Below, piece by piece: positions 47,656 through 58,600 of a stretch of 64,000 nt of DNA. The notes below the pieces were generated by a model. The model was given only the letters and a program-made list of their open reading frames with translations. It did not search any database and was not told the DNA's origin. The stretch comes from Infirmifilum sp. (GTDB lineage Archaea > Thermoproteota > Thermoprotei > Thermofilales > Thermofilaceae). Both the position numbers and the translations under genes were made by a program. Location of the stretch: the NCBI GenBank assembly GCA_041287245.1, contig JBEULP010000058.1:1-64000 (forward strand), in the 5' to 3' direction. Every line of letters begins with the position of its first letter. The stretch's first letter is position 1.

Positions 47656-48540
47656 ATGACTATACCGAGCCCCAAGAGGCTACATTTCGGTCCAGCGGGG
47701 GTTCCAACAACGGTGAAGAAGGGGGGTGTTCTTGAAGGAATAATGGAGGTTAAGAGGCTGGGTCTCGATGCAATGGAGATAGAGTTTGTCAGGAAGATTT
47801 TTCTCGACGAAGAGCGGGCGGTAGAGGTTAAAAAGACGGCCTCGCAGCTAGGAGTTCTCTTAACGGTTCACGCGCCATATTATATCAACCTTAATAGTAA
47901 GGAGGAGGAAAAGGTAAAAGCCAGTATTGAAAGAATATTAGACTCTGCCAGGATTGGCTTTAAAGCTGGAGCTTGGAGCGTGTGTTTCCATGCAGGCTAC
48001 TATGAGGATAGAGAAAGAGAGGCAACGCATAGAAGAATAAAGGAGAGTCTTAGGGCAATAATTAAAACTTTAAGAGAGGAAGGTGTGGAGATCTGGATTA
48101 GGCCTGAGACAACCGGCAAGCCATCTCAGTACGGTTCCCTAGAAGAAATCCTAGACCTTAGCTCCGAGCTAGAGATGGTCATGCCTGTAATCGACTTTGC
48201 CCACTTGCACGCTAGGGGCAAGGGCGCCCTCAAACAATACCAGGACTTCACAGCGATCCTGGGACTTGTTGAGGAAAAATTGGGGAGATTCGGCTTAGAA
48301 AACATGCATATTCACGTGTCGGGAATTGAGTACAGCGAAAAAGGAGAGGTGAGGCACCTAAACCTCGCAGAGGCAGATCTTGATTATAAACTCCTCGTAA
48401 AGGCTCTTAGAGAGTTCAATGTAAAGGGGGCCTTAATATCAGAAAGCCCTAACCTTGAGGGGGACGCTATGCTTCTCAGAGACCTTTTCTACTCCTCCAG
48501 GAAGGTTAGATCAAAAGAGAGAGAGTCTCGAAGAGAATAG
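47656..48540 (+). CDS. nfo: endonuclease IV-like AP endonuclease (TIM barrel)
   Basis: HFGPAG, HAPYYINL, FHAGY, ETTGK, DFAH, HIH, RHL, ISESP. Confidence 0.88.
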   Translation: MTIPSPKRLHFGPAGVPTTVKKGGVLEGIMEVKRLGLDAMEIEFVRKIFLDEERAVEVKKTASQLGVLLTVHAPYYINLNSKEEEKVKASIERILDSARIGFKAGAWSVCFHAGYYEDREREATHRRIKESLRAIIKTLREEGVEIWIRPETTGKPSQYGSLEEILDLSSELEMVMPVIDFAHLHARGKGALKQYQDFTAILGLVEEKLGRFGLENMHIHVSGIEYSEKGEVRHLNLAEADLDYKLLVKALREFNVKGALISESPNLEGDAMLLRDLFYSSRKVRSKERESRRE

Positions 48541-49520
48541 CCTTCGAGAGACCCTCTTAAGACATACTTTACCTCGCCAAGGTTTATCGATGGGCCGGGG
48601 AAGATCTCTGGGTCATCGAGGACAAGCCTGGGACAAGCTGTGTTTATATAGGCTTCGAAGCCCCCTAGGTTTTCAAGCTGCTCATGGGAAACCTCGTTAA
48701 AAGATGCGATAACCACATTCTTTCCCTTATACTCTAATGCCTTTTTAACTTTGAAAGCTGTTCCAATTCGGTTTTGCCCGGGCTTCGTTGAAACAACAAT
48801 TAAAAACCTAGACGCGTCTAAAGCTCTGGAGAGAGAGAAAATCCTTACCGCCGCTATTTTTTCTAGGTCAATCCTCCTATAAGTTCTGGTGTAGGGGTCG
48901 AGGCTCCACGTGGGAAGGCCAGACCACACAGCGGCTCCTATTGCGTGAAAAAGACCGCCAGCAACAACCACTACTGCCTCGCTCTCAGGTAGAGATGCAT
49001 AGTTACAGCCTACAACTAATCCTTCAAACCCGCCGAAAACCCCCGTGCGAGTCTCGACGTTTTGCGTAGCTGCGATTTCCTTAAGTCTGGGAATCCATTT
49101 TACGTGCTGGATTGTGGTCAGCAGTGATATTGATCTGACCCCTGATTTTCCTAGTTCCTCAAGTAGCCTTGAGAATGCTTCAGAAGGATCAATACTCGAG
49201 TAGGCAGGTATGAATAACACCGGGGGGTGTGATGGAAGTTGAAACCATACAGGCCCGTGGTGACCAATGTGAATAATACCGTCAGCCCTGATGGCTTTAG
49301 CCTCGTCTAGGGCAACGTCACACCCGCCCCACGTGGGGCTTGCACTTAGGACGCCTTGAACCCCCAACCCCTCTACATATTTTAATACATCTAGAGCCAC
49401 CCTCTTCAACCCGTCGGGAGCCTGTACCAACAAAACCCTTATTTTGTGTCTTCTAACCCACCCCTTTATTTCTTCCTTGTCTATCTCATACCCGTTTACC
49501 TGCTCCTGCAATGAAAACAC
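48489..49520 (-). CDS. dph2: diphthamide biosynthesis enzyme Dph2
   Basis: QAPDGLK, WGGCD, HIGH, VVGCN, TKPGQ, TACPR. Confidence 0.92.
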   Translation of the reverse strand: MFSLQEQVNGYEIDKEEIKGWVRRHKIRVLLVQAPDGLKRVALDVLKYVEGLGVQGVLSASPTWGGCDVALDEAKAIRADGIIHIGHHGPVWFQLPSHPPVLFIPAYSSIDPSEAFSRLLEELGKSGVRSISLLTTIQHVKWIPRLKEIAATQNVETRTGVFGGFEGLVVGCNYASLPESEAVVVVAGGLFHAIGAAVWSGLPTWSLDPYTRTYRRIDLEKIAAVRIFSLSRALDASRFLIVVSTKPGQNRIGTAFKVKKALEYKGKNVVIASFNEVSHEQLENLGGFEAYINTACPRLVLDDPEIFPGPSINLGEVKYVLRGSLEGYSLRDSLSFDLTFLEE

Positions 49521-49529
49521 CCTTTCTCA

Positions 49530-50648
49530 TTAGCTAACTGGACGCCAGCATAAGCCAAGCTGGTCTGCAAGGTTATAAGCATCTTCCATCTCCTCTGCAC
49601 TAGGTCTCCTAGCAATGTCTTTCCATTTCTCAGGGTATCGTGCTACAAGGTGCTCAGGCCTATACTGATCCATTATGTTCACAAGTGCGTTCGGGCAGTT
49701 CTCAGAAATCCACTTTAGAACGGGTTTAGTACAGCATTCCACGTGACCTGGGAGCACAAGGTGCCTAACAATAATATCGCCTCTTCTCTCGCAGACGAAC
49801 TTATGGTTCCTCGCTACAGTAGCAAAGTATCTGGGAACCCCTGATAGCCGCCGAGCACACTCATCGTTGCCGTACTTGAAGTCAGGGAGCCATATGTCCA
49901 CCACGTCAAAGAGGACTTCTAAGAGCTCTGTAGTCATGTACATGTTAGTGTTCCAGAGTAGGGGTACGTCCACATCCATGAACCTCAACGATTCCACTAT
50001 AAGGTGTGCCTGCTGGTCGGGATTCCCGCCGACATAGTTTATATTCCGCGCCCCCTTAAGCCATAGGCGGGTTGCGATTGCAGCCAACTCATCTGCTTTG
50101 ACCTCTACCCCGTTTAGCGGCTGTGTCGAGATGTCCCAGTTCTGGCAGAATACGCATTTAAAGCTGCAGCCCGTGAAGAATATAGTGCCGGAGGGTACCA
50201 ACGGAGCCTCCTCACCCATATGTAGAAAAGCAGAGGCTACCCGAACCTTATAGTCGAGGCCGCATACCCCCTTCTGACCCCTGACTCGGTCTACGCTGCA
50301 TCTCCATTCACAGAGGTGGCACTTCCTAATTAACTTTTGGAGAATCGCTATCTTGAGGTCGAGAAAGGACCTCTCGGGGATTGGGATAGACGCCAAGTCT
50401 CGTTTTTCCTGAATAATTTCAGAGTATATCCTGTTAAACTCGCTGGACACGTTGTTATGGAGAGAGAGCAGTTCCTCGAGAGACATTCCAGGATTAAAGT
50501 CAACAGGAACTCTTTTTACAACACGGTACTTGGGCGGTCTGTCACCCGTCAAAATTGAGAAATAGTGGTGTAGTCTGCGTTTAACCTCGTCGTTCTCCCA
50601 AATTTTAATAGCATCAGGTCTAAGGAATTCGGTGAAGAACATTCCCAC
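49530..50648 (-). CDS. radical SAM protein (PflX-like)
   Basis: CHLCEWRC, CSFKCVFCQN, PDFKYG, VRHLVLPGH. Confidence 0.88.
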   Translation of the reverse strand: MGMFFTEFLRPDAIKIWENDEVKRRLHHYFSILTGDRPPKYRVVKRVPVDFNPGMSLEELLSLHNNVSSEFNRIYSEIIQEKRDLASIPIPERSFLDLKIAILQKLIRKCHLCEWRCSVDRVRGQKGVCGLDYKVRVASAFLHMGEEAPLVPSGTIFFTGCSFKCVFCQNWDISTQPLNGVEVKADELAAIATRLWLKGARNINYVGGNPDQQAHLIVESLRFMDVDVPLLWNTNMYMTTELLEVLFDVVDIWLPDFKYGNDECARRLSGVPRYFATVARNHKFVCERRGDIIVRHLVLPGHVECCTKPVLKWISENCPNALVNIMDQYRPEHLVARYPEKWKDIARRPSAEEMEDAYNLADQLGLCWRPVS

Positions 50649-50764
50649 TATTTGTAAACCAATCAGAGAATATAAAAGTTCGCCCGCGCGATTACCTCCT
50701 GCAAAAAGTCCCCTTAGGCTCTTTTATTAATACATAGTATTACATTGCGTCTATAGATAAGTGA

Positions 50765-51466
<702 letters not shown>

Positions 51467-51516
51467 AAATTACTGCGAAAAACTAGCGCGTGCGAACAGA
51501 AGATTACGGCATTAAG

Positions 51517-51573
51517 GGCTCATCACCTAGCCCTGTTCGTCACTCTTCCGAACCCGAGTTTTTAATCATAGCC
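51517..51573 (-). ncRNA. C/D-box sRNA candidate with degenerate boxes
   Basis: Minus strand GGCT-ATGATTA-AAAACTCGGGTT-CGGA-AGA-GTGACGA-ACAGGGCTAGGTG-ATGA-GCC. Confidence 0.45.
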
Positions 51574-51600
51574 TGTGTTTAACCTGGGTCGGGTTTAATA

Positions 51601-52146
51601 TTACTGTTTTGTTTTCGCTCGCCCATAGATCTCGAATTCTATTTTCTCATAACCGTAAATCCTCTCACCCTCGTCCAGATGAACAGACAGTAGATTCGGC
51701 CTGATAAGTGTTATATCTCCTGACATCTGCACGTTGTGTATTCTAGCTCCTGCTGGGAAAACCCAGTATGCAGTTATAGGATACTCGGCCACCTCGTTCT
51801 CGTAGAGGTTTTCATAGTAATTTAAACCGTTCCGGGGCTTTCCTTTAAAATATATAAAATAGGTGATGAAGACCTCCTCGGGAGGCTCTTTCAGACCTAT
51901 ATCCACGGCTTTCACGAGAGGCCTTACCCTTGTGCCATTAAGTATAACTTCCTCCCTATCTAGAAAATCTTGCATCACAACCGCTAGACGGTTCAACTCC
52001 TTCTCTAGTTCCTCCTCATCGTCAATTATAGTTGAATAGCTGCCTTCCGGGTCGAAGTACTCGAATACTATAGTCTGATATACTTCTAGTTTCCTTGTCA
52101 CCGTGAATAGTCCAAGAGCACTAATAGGTTGCAGTTCTTCCATCAT
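51601..52146 (-). CDS. acidic hypothetical protein
   Basis: 181 aa ORF with normal composition and no recognised motif. Confidence 0.65.
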   Translation of the reverse strand: MMEELQPISALGLFTVTRKLEVYQTIVFEYFDPEGSYSTIIDDEEELEKELNRLAVVMQDFLDREEVILNGTRVRPLVKAVDIGLKEPPEEVFITYFIYFKGKPRNGLNYYENLYENEVAEYPITAYWVFPAGARIHNVQMSGDITLIRPNLLSVHLDEGERIYGYEKIEFEIYGRAKTKQ

Positions 52147-52303
52147 TATACATTTTCATCGTCTAAGCCCACTATTTTTTCTTATTCATCGCATGTGCTA
52201 TTTGAGCTTCCTAGAACCCTAGAAAATGCTTGTACGGTATACGAAAAATCGCGCGTATTACATGGTTAAGATGGGGTCGAGCCCTTGGCGCGTGTGCCTC
52301 ACC

Positions 52304-52328
52304 ATATCAGAAAAGAATGAATTGAAGG
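52304..52328 (+). repeat. solitary CRISPR-like repeat (copy C, no leader)
   Basis: ATATCAGAAAAGAATGAATTGAAGG, 22/25 identical to 62192-62216. Confidence 0.6.
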
Positions 52329-52384
52329 GCTTATCCTTCGCGCAAAAGTAAATATGTATCAATAACAGTGATTAATTCGGAAAA

Positions 52385-53563
52385 ATGATTAAAACTGCTG
52401 TTGTTTTAGCCGGAGGTAAAGGTGTTCGCCTGCGACCGTTAACCTTAACCACCCCTAAGCCCCTTCTACCCGTCGGGAACAAGCCCATCATCGACCACAT
52501 TCTCTCTCTTTTAGCAACACATGGTTTCGAAAGGATCGTGGTGGCGGTTAACTATCTGGGCCACAAAATCCTTGCCCATGTCCTTGAAAGGTACCTAGAT
52601 GCTGGCCTCGAGATATTGATCCCTAGGATAAAGCCGAACGACACGGCTGATGCTGTCAGGAAAATCTCAGCATTTCTAGATGAAGACTTTATCGTCACGA
52701 TGGGAGATGTGTTGACGAACATGAATCTACGTCAGTTCGCCGATTTCCACTCGAGAAGCGACGCTATAGCTTCAGTTGCTTTGATTGAGGTGGGCTCGGT
52801 AAGGGAGTTCGGGGCTGTGATACTTGATGAGTCGGGAAGAATACTACATTTTATGGAGAAACCTGGAGCAAGCGAGTGGTATGTTGCAAACATAGCATAC
52901 TCCACGCTTCTGCGCAAATACTATAGACCGTATTCAAACCTTGCGAACAGCGGATTCTATGCCTTCAAATACGAAATATTAGAGGTGTTGTCCGAGAACC
53001 CATATCTCATGGATTTCGGCAGGCATGTTTTTCCCTGGCTTCTTGAAAATAATTACAAGGTTCTCGGGTGGAACGCTGAAGACACTTATTGGATAGACGT
53101 CGGTCGCCCGGCAACGTATCTAGCTGCGAATATGGATCTTTTAGACGGGGCTGCGCTGCCTTTGACACCATATGGTGAGAACTTTGGTGGTGTATGGCTT
53201 GGGAGAAACACAGTTATTAACGAGGAGGCCATCATTAACCCGCCTGTGGCGGTCGGCGATAATACAGTGGTTGACGGTGATGCAATAATAGGTCCTTATG
53301 CCGTCATAGGAAGTGGCGTTAAAATTGGAAAAGCCGCCCACGTGGCTCATGCTGTTATAATGGATGGCTGTGTCTTGGAGGATAGAACAAAAGTTAAGAA
53401 TAGCATTTTGGCAAAAAACATTTTAGTTAGATCTGATAGTACCGTAGAGGAGTACTCAGTTTTAGGTGACAACGCGGTGATAGAAAGCGGGTTGAGCATT
53501 GGTCCTGCAGTCTTGTTGAATCCAGGGTCTAAAATATCTGATAAAAGAGGAGGAGTTGCATGA
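52385..53563 (+). CDS. NDP-sugar pyrophosphorylase (mannose-1-phosphate guanylyltransferase-like) with left-handed beta-helix tail
   Basis: LAGGKGVRLRPLT..PKP, GD, FMEKP, YWIDVG, hexapeptide repeats. Confidence 0.9.
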   Translation: MIKTAVVLAGGKGVRLRPLTLTTPKPLLPVGNKPIIDHILSLLATHGFERIVVAVNYLGHKILAHVLERYLDAGLEILIPRIKPNDTADAVRKISAFLDEDFIVTMGDVLTNMNLRQFADFHSRSDAIASVALIEVGSVREFGAVILDESGRILHFMEKPGASEWYVANIAYSTLLRKYYRPYSNLANSGFYAFKYEILEVLSENPYLMDFGRHVFPWLLENNYKVLGWNAEDTYWIDVGRPATYLAANMDLLDGAALPLTPYGENFGGVWLGRNTVINEEAIINPPVAVGDNTVVDGDAIIGPYAVIGSGVKIGKAAHVAHAVIMDGCVLEDRTKVKNSILAKNILVRSDSTVEEYSVLGDNAVIESGLSIGPAVLLNPGSKISDKRGGVA

Positions 53564-54918
53564 GGAGGGCACCACTTCCCTATTATAATAACAAGGTCTA
53601 CGGAGTAGCTAACACACAGATGACTCCTGAGAACTCTGCGGAACTCGGAGCAGTTCTAGGAACGATAGTCGGCGAGGGCGCCCTAGTAACTGCCGCCAGG
53701 GACTATTATCCGCCGAGCAGAATGCTTAAGAGGGCATTTACCTCTGGTTTGATGTCCACCGGGGTTTCAGTTATTGACTTCCACTCGGCAACGTTACCTG
53801 AGGTGGCCTTTGCCGTTAAGAGGTTCGGGGCAAAAGCCGGTGTTCATTTTTCAGTTACCCCGTTCAACGACAACAGCATACAAATCCGAATACTGGACTC
53901 AGCGGGCATAGAGATTACGTCCGAAAGGCTTGAGGACATCTTATCTATGTTTGAGTCGCACCACGCTGTACGTGCCATTCCAACTCGAATCGGATGGGTC
54001 ACCTATGCCGAATACATCCATGAAATATACACCTCCTCCGCCACCGGCTATGTTGATACTTCCCCGATCTCTGCTAAAGAGCCCTTGGTTCTTGTAGACT
54101 TGAACTTTGGCCCTGCAAGTGAGCCCCTCCCCAACCTGTTAAGCTCTATTGGTGCCCGGTTTATAGCACTCAATTCGAGCAGGCCTCCGCCTAACCTTGT
54201 CCCCAGGCAGCTTCCATCCCTGAAGGCTCTTAGCATGCTGGGAGATCTGTGTAAGACTACGGGGGCAACGTTTGGAGTGGCATTGTCGAGTGACGCATCC
54301 CATGCGTATTTTGTTGATGATAAAGGAAGATATATCGACCCAGACCGCTTCCTTGCCATAGTTGCGTTAATGGTTCCGCAGGGGTCTCGGCTGGCGATCA
54401 CAGACTCTGCTTCTAGGATTGTAGACGCTATAGCGGAGAAGAACAAGCTGTCGCTTATAAGGGTTAAGGGTATAGCTGGAGATATATCCCGCGGGTTACG
54501 GCGTCTACGGGTAAACCTAGGTGCGACAGATTCAGGCGAGGTTATCTTCCCCCAGTTTTCACCTTCTCCCGACGGCATGCTTCTTATAGCAAAGCTTCTC
54601 GAAATGCTAGCGTCAGAGGAAGTAAGCCTCTCCAGCATTGTAGACGCTGTTCCGGAGCCTTCCCTGTACACCCTCGAGTTGGAGGCTGAACCCTTGATTG
54701 CTCAGAAAGTCCTAGACTCCCTGTTCCTAGAGCATAACGAGATTGCGGTTGCTCCCGGCGCGATTAAGTATAGGCTTGGAGACACGTGGGTCAAGGTATC
54801 CCAGGATTTAAACTCTAGTAAAATCTACGTTAGCGTTGAAGCCGTGAATAAAGTAGCTATTGAGATCGCTAAGAAGGAGTATGAAAGGATTGGAGAATTA
54901 ATTGAGAGCCTAAAGTAG
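53560..54918 (+). CDS. phosphomannomutase-fold protein with degenerate catalytic motifs
   Basis: VYGVAN, ARD, GLMSTG, DKGR, PDG present; TASHNP and DxDxDR motifs altered. Confidence 0.8.
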   Translation: MRRAPLPYYNNKVYGVANTQMTPENSAELGAVLGTIVGEGALVTAARDYYPPSRMLKRAFTSGLMSTGVSVIDFHSATLPEVAFAVKRFGAKAGVHFSVTPFNDNSIQIRILDSAGIEITSERLEDILSMFESHHAVRAIPTRIGWVTYAEYIHEIYTSSATGYVDTSPISAKEPLVLVDLNFGPASEPLPNLLSSIGARFIALNSSRPPPNLVPRQLPSLKALSMLGDLCKTTGATFGVALSSDASHAYFVDDKGRYIDPDRFLAIVALMVPQGSRLAITDSASRIVDAIAEKNKLSLIRVKGIAGDISRGLRRLRVNLGATDSGEVIFPQFSPSPDGMLLIAKLLEMLASEEVSLSSIVDAVPEPSLYTLELEAEPLIAQKVLDSLFLEHNEIAVAPGAIKYRLGDTWVKVSQDLNSSKIYVSVEAVNKVAIEIAKKEYERIGELIESLK

Positions 54919-54924
54919 GTTTCT

Positions 54925-55773
54925 ATGTTTTTTCCTAATGAGGAGAAGGCTAGGCAGGTTGGATTAACGCTTAGAGAGCCCCGATTAGCCGACGAGTTTG
55001 TGAGGGCCGACCCCCAGTATCATAGCGTGGAAAAAATACTGGGCAAGATGGGCTTCATAGAAGGGACGCTTTACATCGTCGGCATAGCGCTCGTCAGTTA
55101 TATGCTCACAACCAGGGGGGAGGACCATTGGTCCTTAACCGCCAAATATGCACAAGGATCTAGCTTTGAAGCCTTGCGAAGGTTCGTAATGGAGAGCCCC
55201 TCCCTAGCTAGATTTCGAGACCAGAAGGCCAGACGGATTGAAACGTACGTGTCCAAGGTCTCTCCGCATCTGCGGGAACTACTAGAGAAGAATACTATAA
55301 GCCTCGACGAGGTTCACCGACTAATAGCTGAAAACATTGAAGGCAGAATTGACGATAAAACTGTGGTTTTCGCTGTAAAAATGTTATATTACTCGCTCTT
55401 AGCTAGTAAAAAAATCTTCACAGGCGGTGAAAAAATACCAATACCAGTAGACTACCGTGTTTCATTAGTGACGTTCACATCAGGCATGCTCCAGGGGTGG
55501 AGGTGCAATGATAACCTAAGGGAGTTCGCACGGATAGCTAGATCGACTTACCGACCAGTAATAATCAAACTTTGGGGCATAGTTTCAGATGTCGCCGGGA
55601 TACCTTCCCTTAAACTGGACAGTATCGCTTGGGTTAGCGGGTTATGCATTGATGAGAACCTCGAGCAACCTGGAAGAGTAGAAGAATGTCTCCTTCGCAG
55701 ATACAACATAGAAAGCAGCCTCATTGGACATGCCCGTGTACTTTGGGGCGAGCTAATCAACTGTTCGCACTAA
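54925..55773 (+). CDS. archaeal 8-oxoguanine N-glycosylase/DNA lyase (AGOG)
   Basis: DPQY, ALVSYML..GEDHW, KTVVFAVKM, IPIPVDYRV, LDSIAW. Confidence 0.87.
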   Translation: MFFPNEEKARQVGLTLREPRLADEFVRADPQYHSVEKILGKMGFIEGTLYIVGIALVSYMLTTRGEDHWSLTAKYAQGSSFEALRRFVMESPSLARFRDQKARRIETYVSKVSPHLRELLEKNTISLDEVHRLIAENIEGRIDDKTVVFAVKMLYYSLLASKKIFTGGEKIPIPVDYRVSLVTFTSGMLQGWRCNDNLREFARIARSTYRPVIIKLWGIVSDVAGIPSLKLDSIAWVSGLCIDENLEQPGRVEECLLRRYNIESSLIGHARVLWGELINCSH

Positions 55774-56551
55774 TCCCGTAGTCTTCCGGCTCAAGATAAA
55801 ATGTGTTTTTCCCGGTTTGCCAATCCCTTATAACTATTCTTGCGGCCTCCTCGACGAGAGGTGTGCCACCCTTACCTATCAGGCCTCTTTTACGTGCTAG
55901 CTCCTCTAGAAATAGAATCCCATCATTCTTCCACTCGATATTGTATAGTTCCTTTAACAAGTGGGGCTTCTTCTTCGCTATAAGCTCCAAAAACTTTACA
56001 GCGACTGGAACGGGGTCGTCTAGAGATTCAGGGCGTAATGCGTTAACTAAAGCTAGCTCTCCCAAACGCCGAGGAACAACACCTGGGGTATCCAGTACTC
56101 TAAGCCAGCGGGCGACTCTAAGCCTTGTGACGTGCTGTGTATAACCCGGGATGGGAGAGGTGCCTACGCTATGGGCACCTTTAAGGTAATTAATTATCGT
56201 TGACTTTCCAACATTTGGTACCCCAACTATAGCCACGACGATAGGCCTCTTCACAGCTGTCCTAGAAAGTATTTTCCACAAAAACCTCGTGCCCAAGCGC
56301 TTTGTGGCACTGATGAACACTGTTGTTCTCTCTTTCCTTAGTATACGGGCCCACTTCTCAACATCCTCCTTAGGAACAAGATCCGCTTTATTTACAACTA
56401 TGATCAGTGGTTTTCCCATGGAGTCCGCCATTTTTTCTATCTCCTGACTCCTGGTGCCCAGTGGATCTCTCGCATCTACAACTTCTACTATAACGTCAGC
56501 CTTCCTAATAACATTCCGCACAAGCCGCCAATGCGAATCTACACGTTTCAC
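55757..56551 (-). CDS. circularly permuted YlqF/RbgA-family GTPase
   Basis: DARDP, NKADL, GVPNVGKS, DTPG in G4-G1-G3 order. Confidence 0.92.
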   Translation of the reverse strand: MKRVDSHWRLVRNVIRKADVIVEVVDARDPLGTRSQEIEKMADSMGKPLIIVVNKADLVPKEDVEKWARILRKERTTVFISATKRLGTRFLWKILSRTAVKRPIVVAIVGVPNVGKSTIINYLKGAHSVGTSPIPGYTQHVTRLRVARWLRVLDTPGVVPRRLGELALVNALRPESLDDPVPVAVKFLELIAKKKPHLLKELYNIEWKNDGILFLEELARKRGLIGKGGTPLVEEAARIVIRDWQTGKNTFYLEPEDYGISANS

Positions 56552-56589
56552 AGGGTTACAACCGCGCGCAAAAAAATAAATGAGAGTAA

Positions 56590-57603
56590 TTAGAGAACCT
56601 TTACCTTTTCGAGCGGCCTAACCTTTAAAACATCCTTGTTTACAAGTGCCGGAGGAATCTCACCTTTTAGAACAGCAATCAGGTTTCTCGCGGCAAGCTC
56701 CGCCATTCTCTGTCTAGCTTCAATGGTGGCACTAGCTATGTGGGGAGCCAGTACAACATTGTCGAACTTTGTTAAGGGATGGCTGGCAGGCAATGGCTCC
56801 TGTTCGAACACGTCGAGGGCTGCCCCAGCGATCCACCCTTCTTGAAGAGCCTTAACTAGGGCATTTGTATCAACTACGGGGCCCCTAGCCGTATTAATCA
56901 GGTATGCTGTCCTCTTCATCTTGCGAAGTCTTTCCTCATTGATCAAGTGGAACGTTTCTTTTGTTAGCGGAACGTGTACCGAGACTATATCCGAGACACT
57001 CAGCAGCGTGTCTAGGTCTGCAAACTCCATGTTGAGTACGCTTTCTACATCCCATCTACGCTCTACGTCATAGTAGACTATCTTGACGTCAAAGCCTGAG
57101 AGCCTTTTGGCTGTGGCAACTCCTATACGGCCCAGCCCTACAAGCCCGATTGTCTTGCCTTTAAGCTCTGGTCCGGTTAAGAAGTAGGGGTTCCAGGGTT
57201 TGTCCCACTGTCCCGTGCGAATAACCTTATCCGCCTCTACAATCCGCCTGGTCACGGCTATTATAAGGCCAACCGTGAACTCCGCCACAGCGTCCGTCAG
57301 AACCCCGGGGGTGTGGGTAACGTATATCCCTCGTTTAGTGGCCTCTGGAATGTCTATGTGATCGAATCCTACACTATAGGTACTTATCACCTTCAGGTTG
57401 GGCGCGGCGTCCATAACCTCGGCATCAATCTTGTCTGTTAACAAACAAAGCAAAGCGTCCTTATCACGCACCTTCTCGATAAGCTCCTGTCTTGAGGGGG
57501 GCCACTCTTTAGAATTGTGAAGCTCTACCTCGCAGCATTCCTTTAACATTGATAAGCCTGGTTCCGGTATAATTCGAGTCACATATACTTTGGGTTTTAC
57601 CAT
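56590..57603 (-). CDS. gyaR: glyoxylate reductase / D-2-hydroxyacid dehydrogenase
   Basis: GLGRIG, INTARG, LDVFEQEP, PHIAS; start at ATG 57603. Confidence 0.9.
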   Translation of the reverse strand: MVKPKVYVTRIIPEPGLSMLKECCEVELHNSKEWPPSRQELIEKVRDKDALLCLLTDKIDAEVMDAAPNLKVISTYSVGFDHIDIPEATKRGIYVTHTPGVLTDAVAEFTVGLIIAVTRRIVEADKVIRTGQWDKPWNPYFLTGPELKGKTIGLVGLGRIGVATAKRLSGFDVKIVYYDVERRWDVESVLNMEFADLDTLLSVSDIVSVHVPLTKETFHLINEERLRKMKRTAYLINTARGPVVDTNALVKALQEGWIAGAALDVFEQEPLPASHPLTKFDNVVLAPHIASATIEARQRMAELAARNLIAVLKGEIPPALVNKDVLKVRPLEKVKVL

Positions 57604-57651
57604 CGAAATATACAAAAAACGTTTATATTTAAATTTTTCCCCAAAAAAAGC

Positions 57652-58563
57652 TTAGTATTTAAAATCTCCTGGATTTGGCCAAACCTGCGGGACAACTCCC
57701 GGCGGATATGTCTTGTGAAGCCACTCAGTAAACTCTGTGATTCGCTGAATCGCTGTTTCAACAACAACTTCTCCCTTCTCCCGACTTGCCTTGCTAGGAT
57801 ATCCGACGCTACCCTTAGGATAGTGGTGTATCTCCATGAAGGCGCTGATATCATACCATCCGAAAGGTCTTCCATAAACGTTTCCAGCCTTGTCAGCCCA
57901 TTTATCGGGGATTACGCCCACCATCTTTTCGGCATCAGAGTCTTTGAACTTGCTTGGATCTACAAGCTTCGGTGCGACGTACCAGAGAACGCTGGCTTCA
58001 AGCTCGTCCGCATGGATAAACGGGGTTTCCAGCACCACGCCCGGCTTCAACTCGGTGCCCTGTTTTAGAATATCTCTAACCCATGCCCACCAGCTGGTTA
58101 CCAATATAAGTGCCTTGACACCTTCTTCTATTATAGCCTTGTCTTTCACAATAGGTAGAACATATTCTTGCCCATGACTGTTGAAGAGTATAATCTTTTT
58201 GAAGCCAGCGTGGCTCAACCATTTAACAACGCTGGTTACATAGTCGATGTATGCTTCTTTCTTGATTGGGATTGTCCCAACCATTCCATAGTGATGACTC
58301 GGGTGACTACCGTAGTACACCGGAGGCGCTACCGTAACTCCGGTTTCAAAGGCTACTCTCTCGGCAATGTATGTGCCGATGATTGTGTCTTCACCGGTTG
58401 CCTGGGCTATTCCATGTGACTCTACGGAGCCGCAGGGGACGAAAATAATGTCGTTCTTCTTTACCCGCTCCTGGATCTCTGACATCGTCATCTGGTCATA
58501 GTAGATTTTCTCGCCGTACTTATTGTAAATAGGCCGCGCAAACCTCGATTCATATTCAACCAT
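57652..58563 (-). CDS. iolN: creatininase-family hydrolase, IolN-like (3-dehydro-scyllo-inosose hydrolase)
   Basis: GSVESHG, GED, NSHGQEY, ETPFIHADELE; context next to iolM/iolO. Confidence 0.78.
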   Translation of the reverse strand: MVEYESRFARPIYNKYGEKIYYDQMTMSEIQERVKKNDIIFVPCGSVESHGIAQATGEDTIIGTYIAERVAFETGVTVAPPVYYGSHPSHHYGMVGTIPIKKEAYIDYVTSVVKWLSHAGFKKIILFNSHGQEYVLPIVKDKAIIEEGVKALILVTSWWAWVRDILKQGTELKPGVVLETPFIHADELEASVLWYVAPKLVDPSKFKDSDAEKMVGVIPDKWADKAGNVYGRPFGWYDISAFMEIHHYPKGSVGYPSKASREKGEVVVETAIQRITEFTEWLHKTYPPGVVPQVWPNPGDFKY

Positions 58564-58600
58564 GTTCTCACCTATATGCCTATGTCATATCATATATAAC

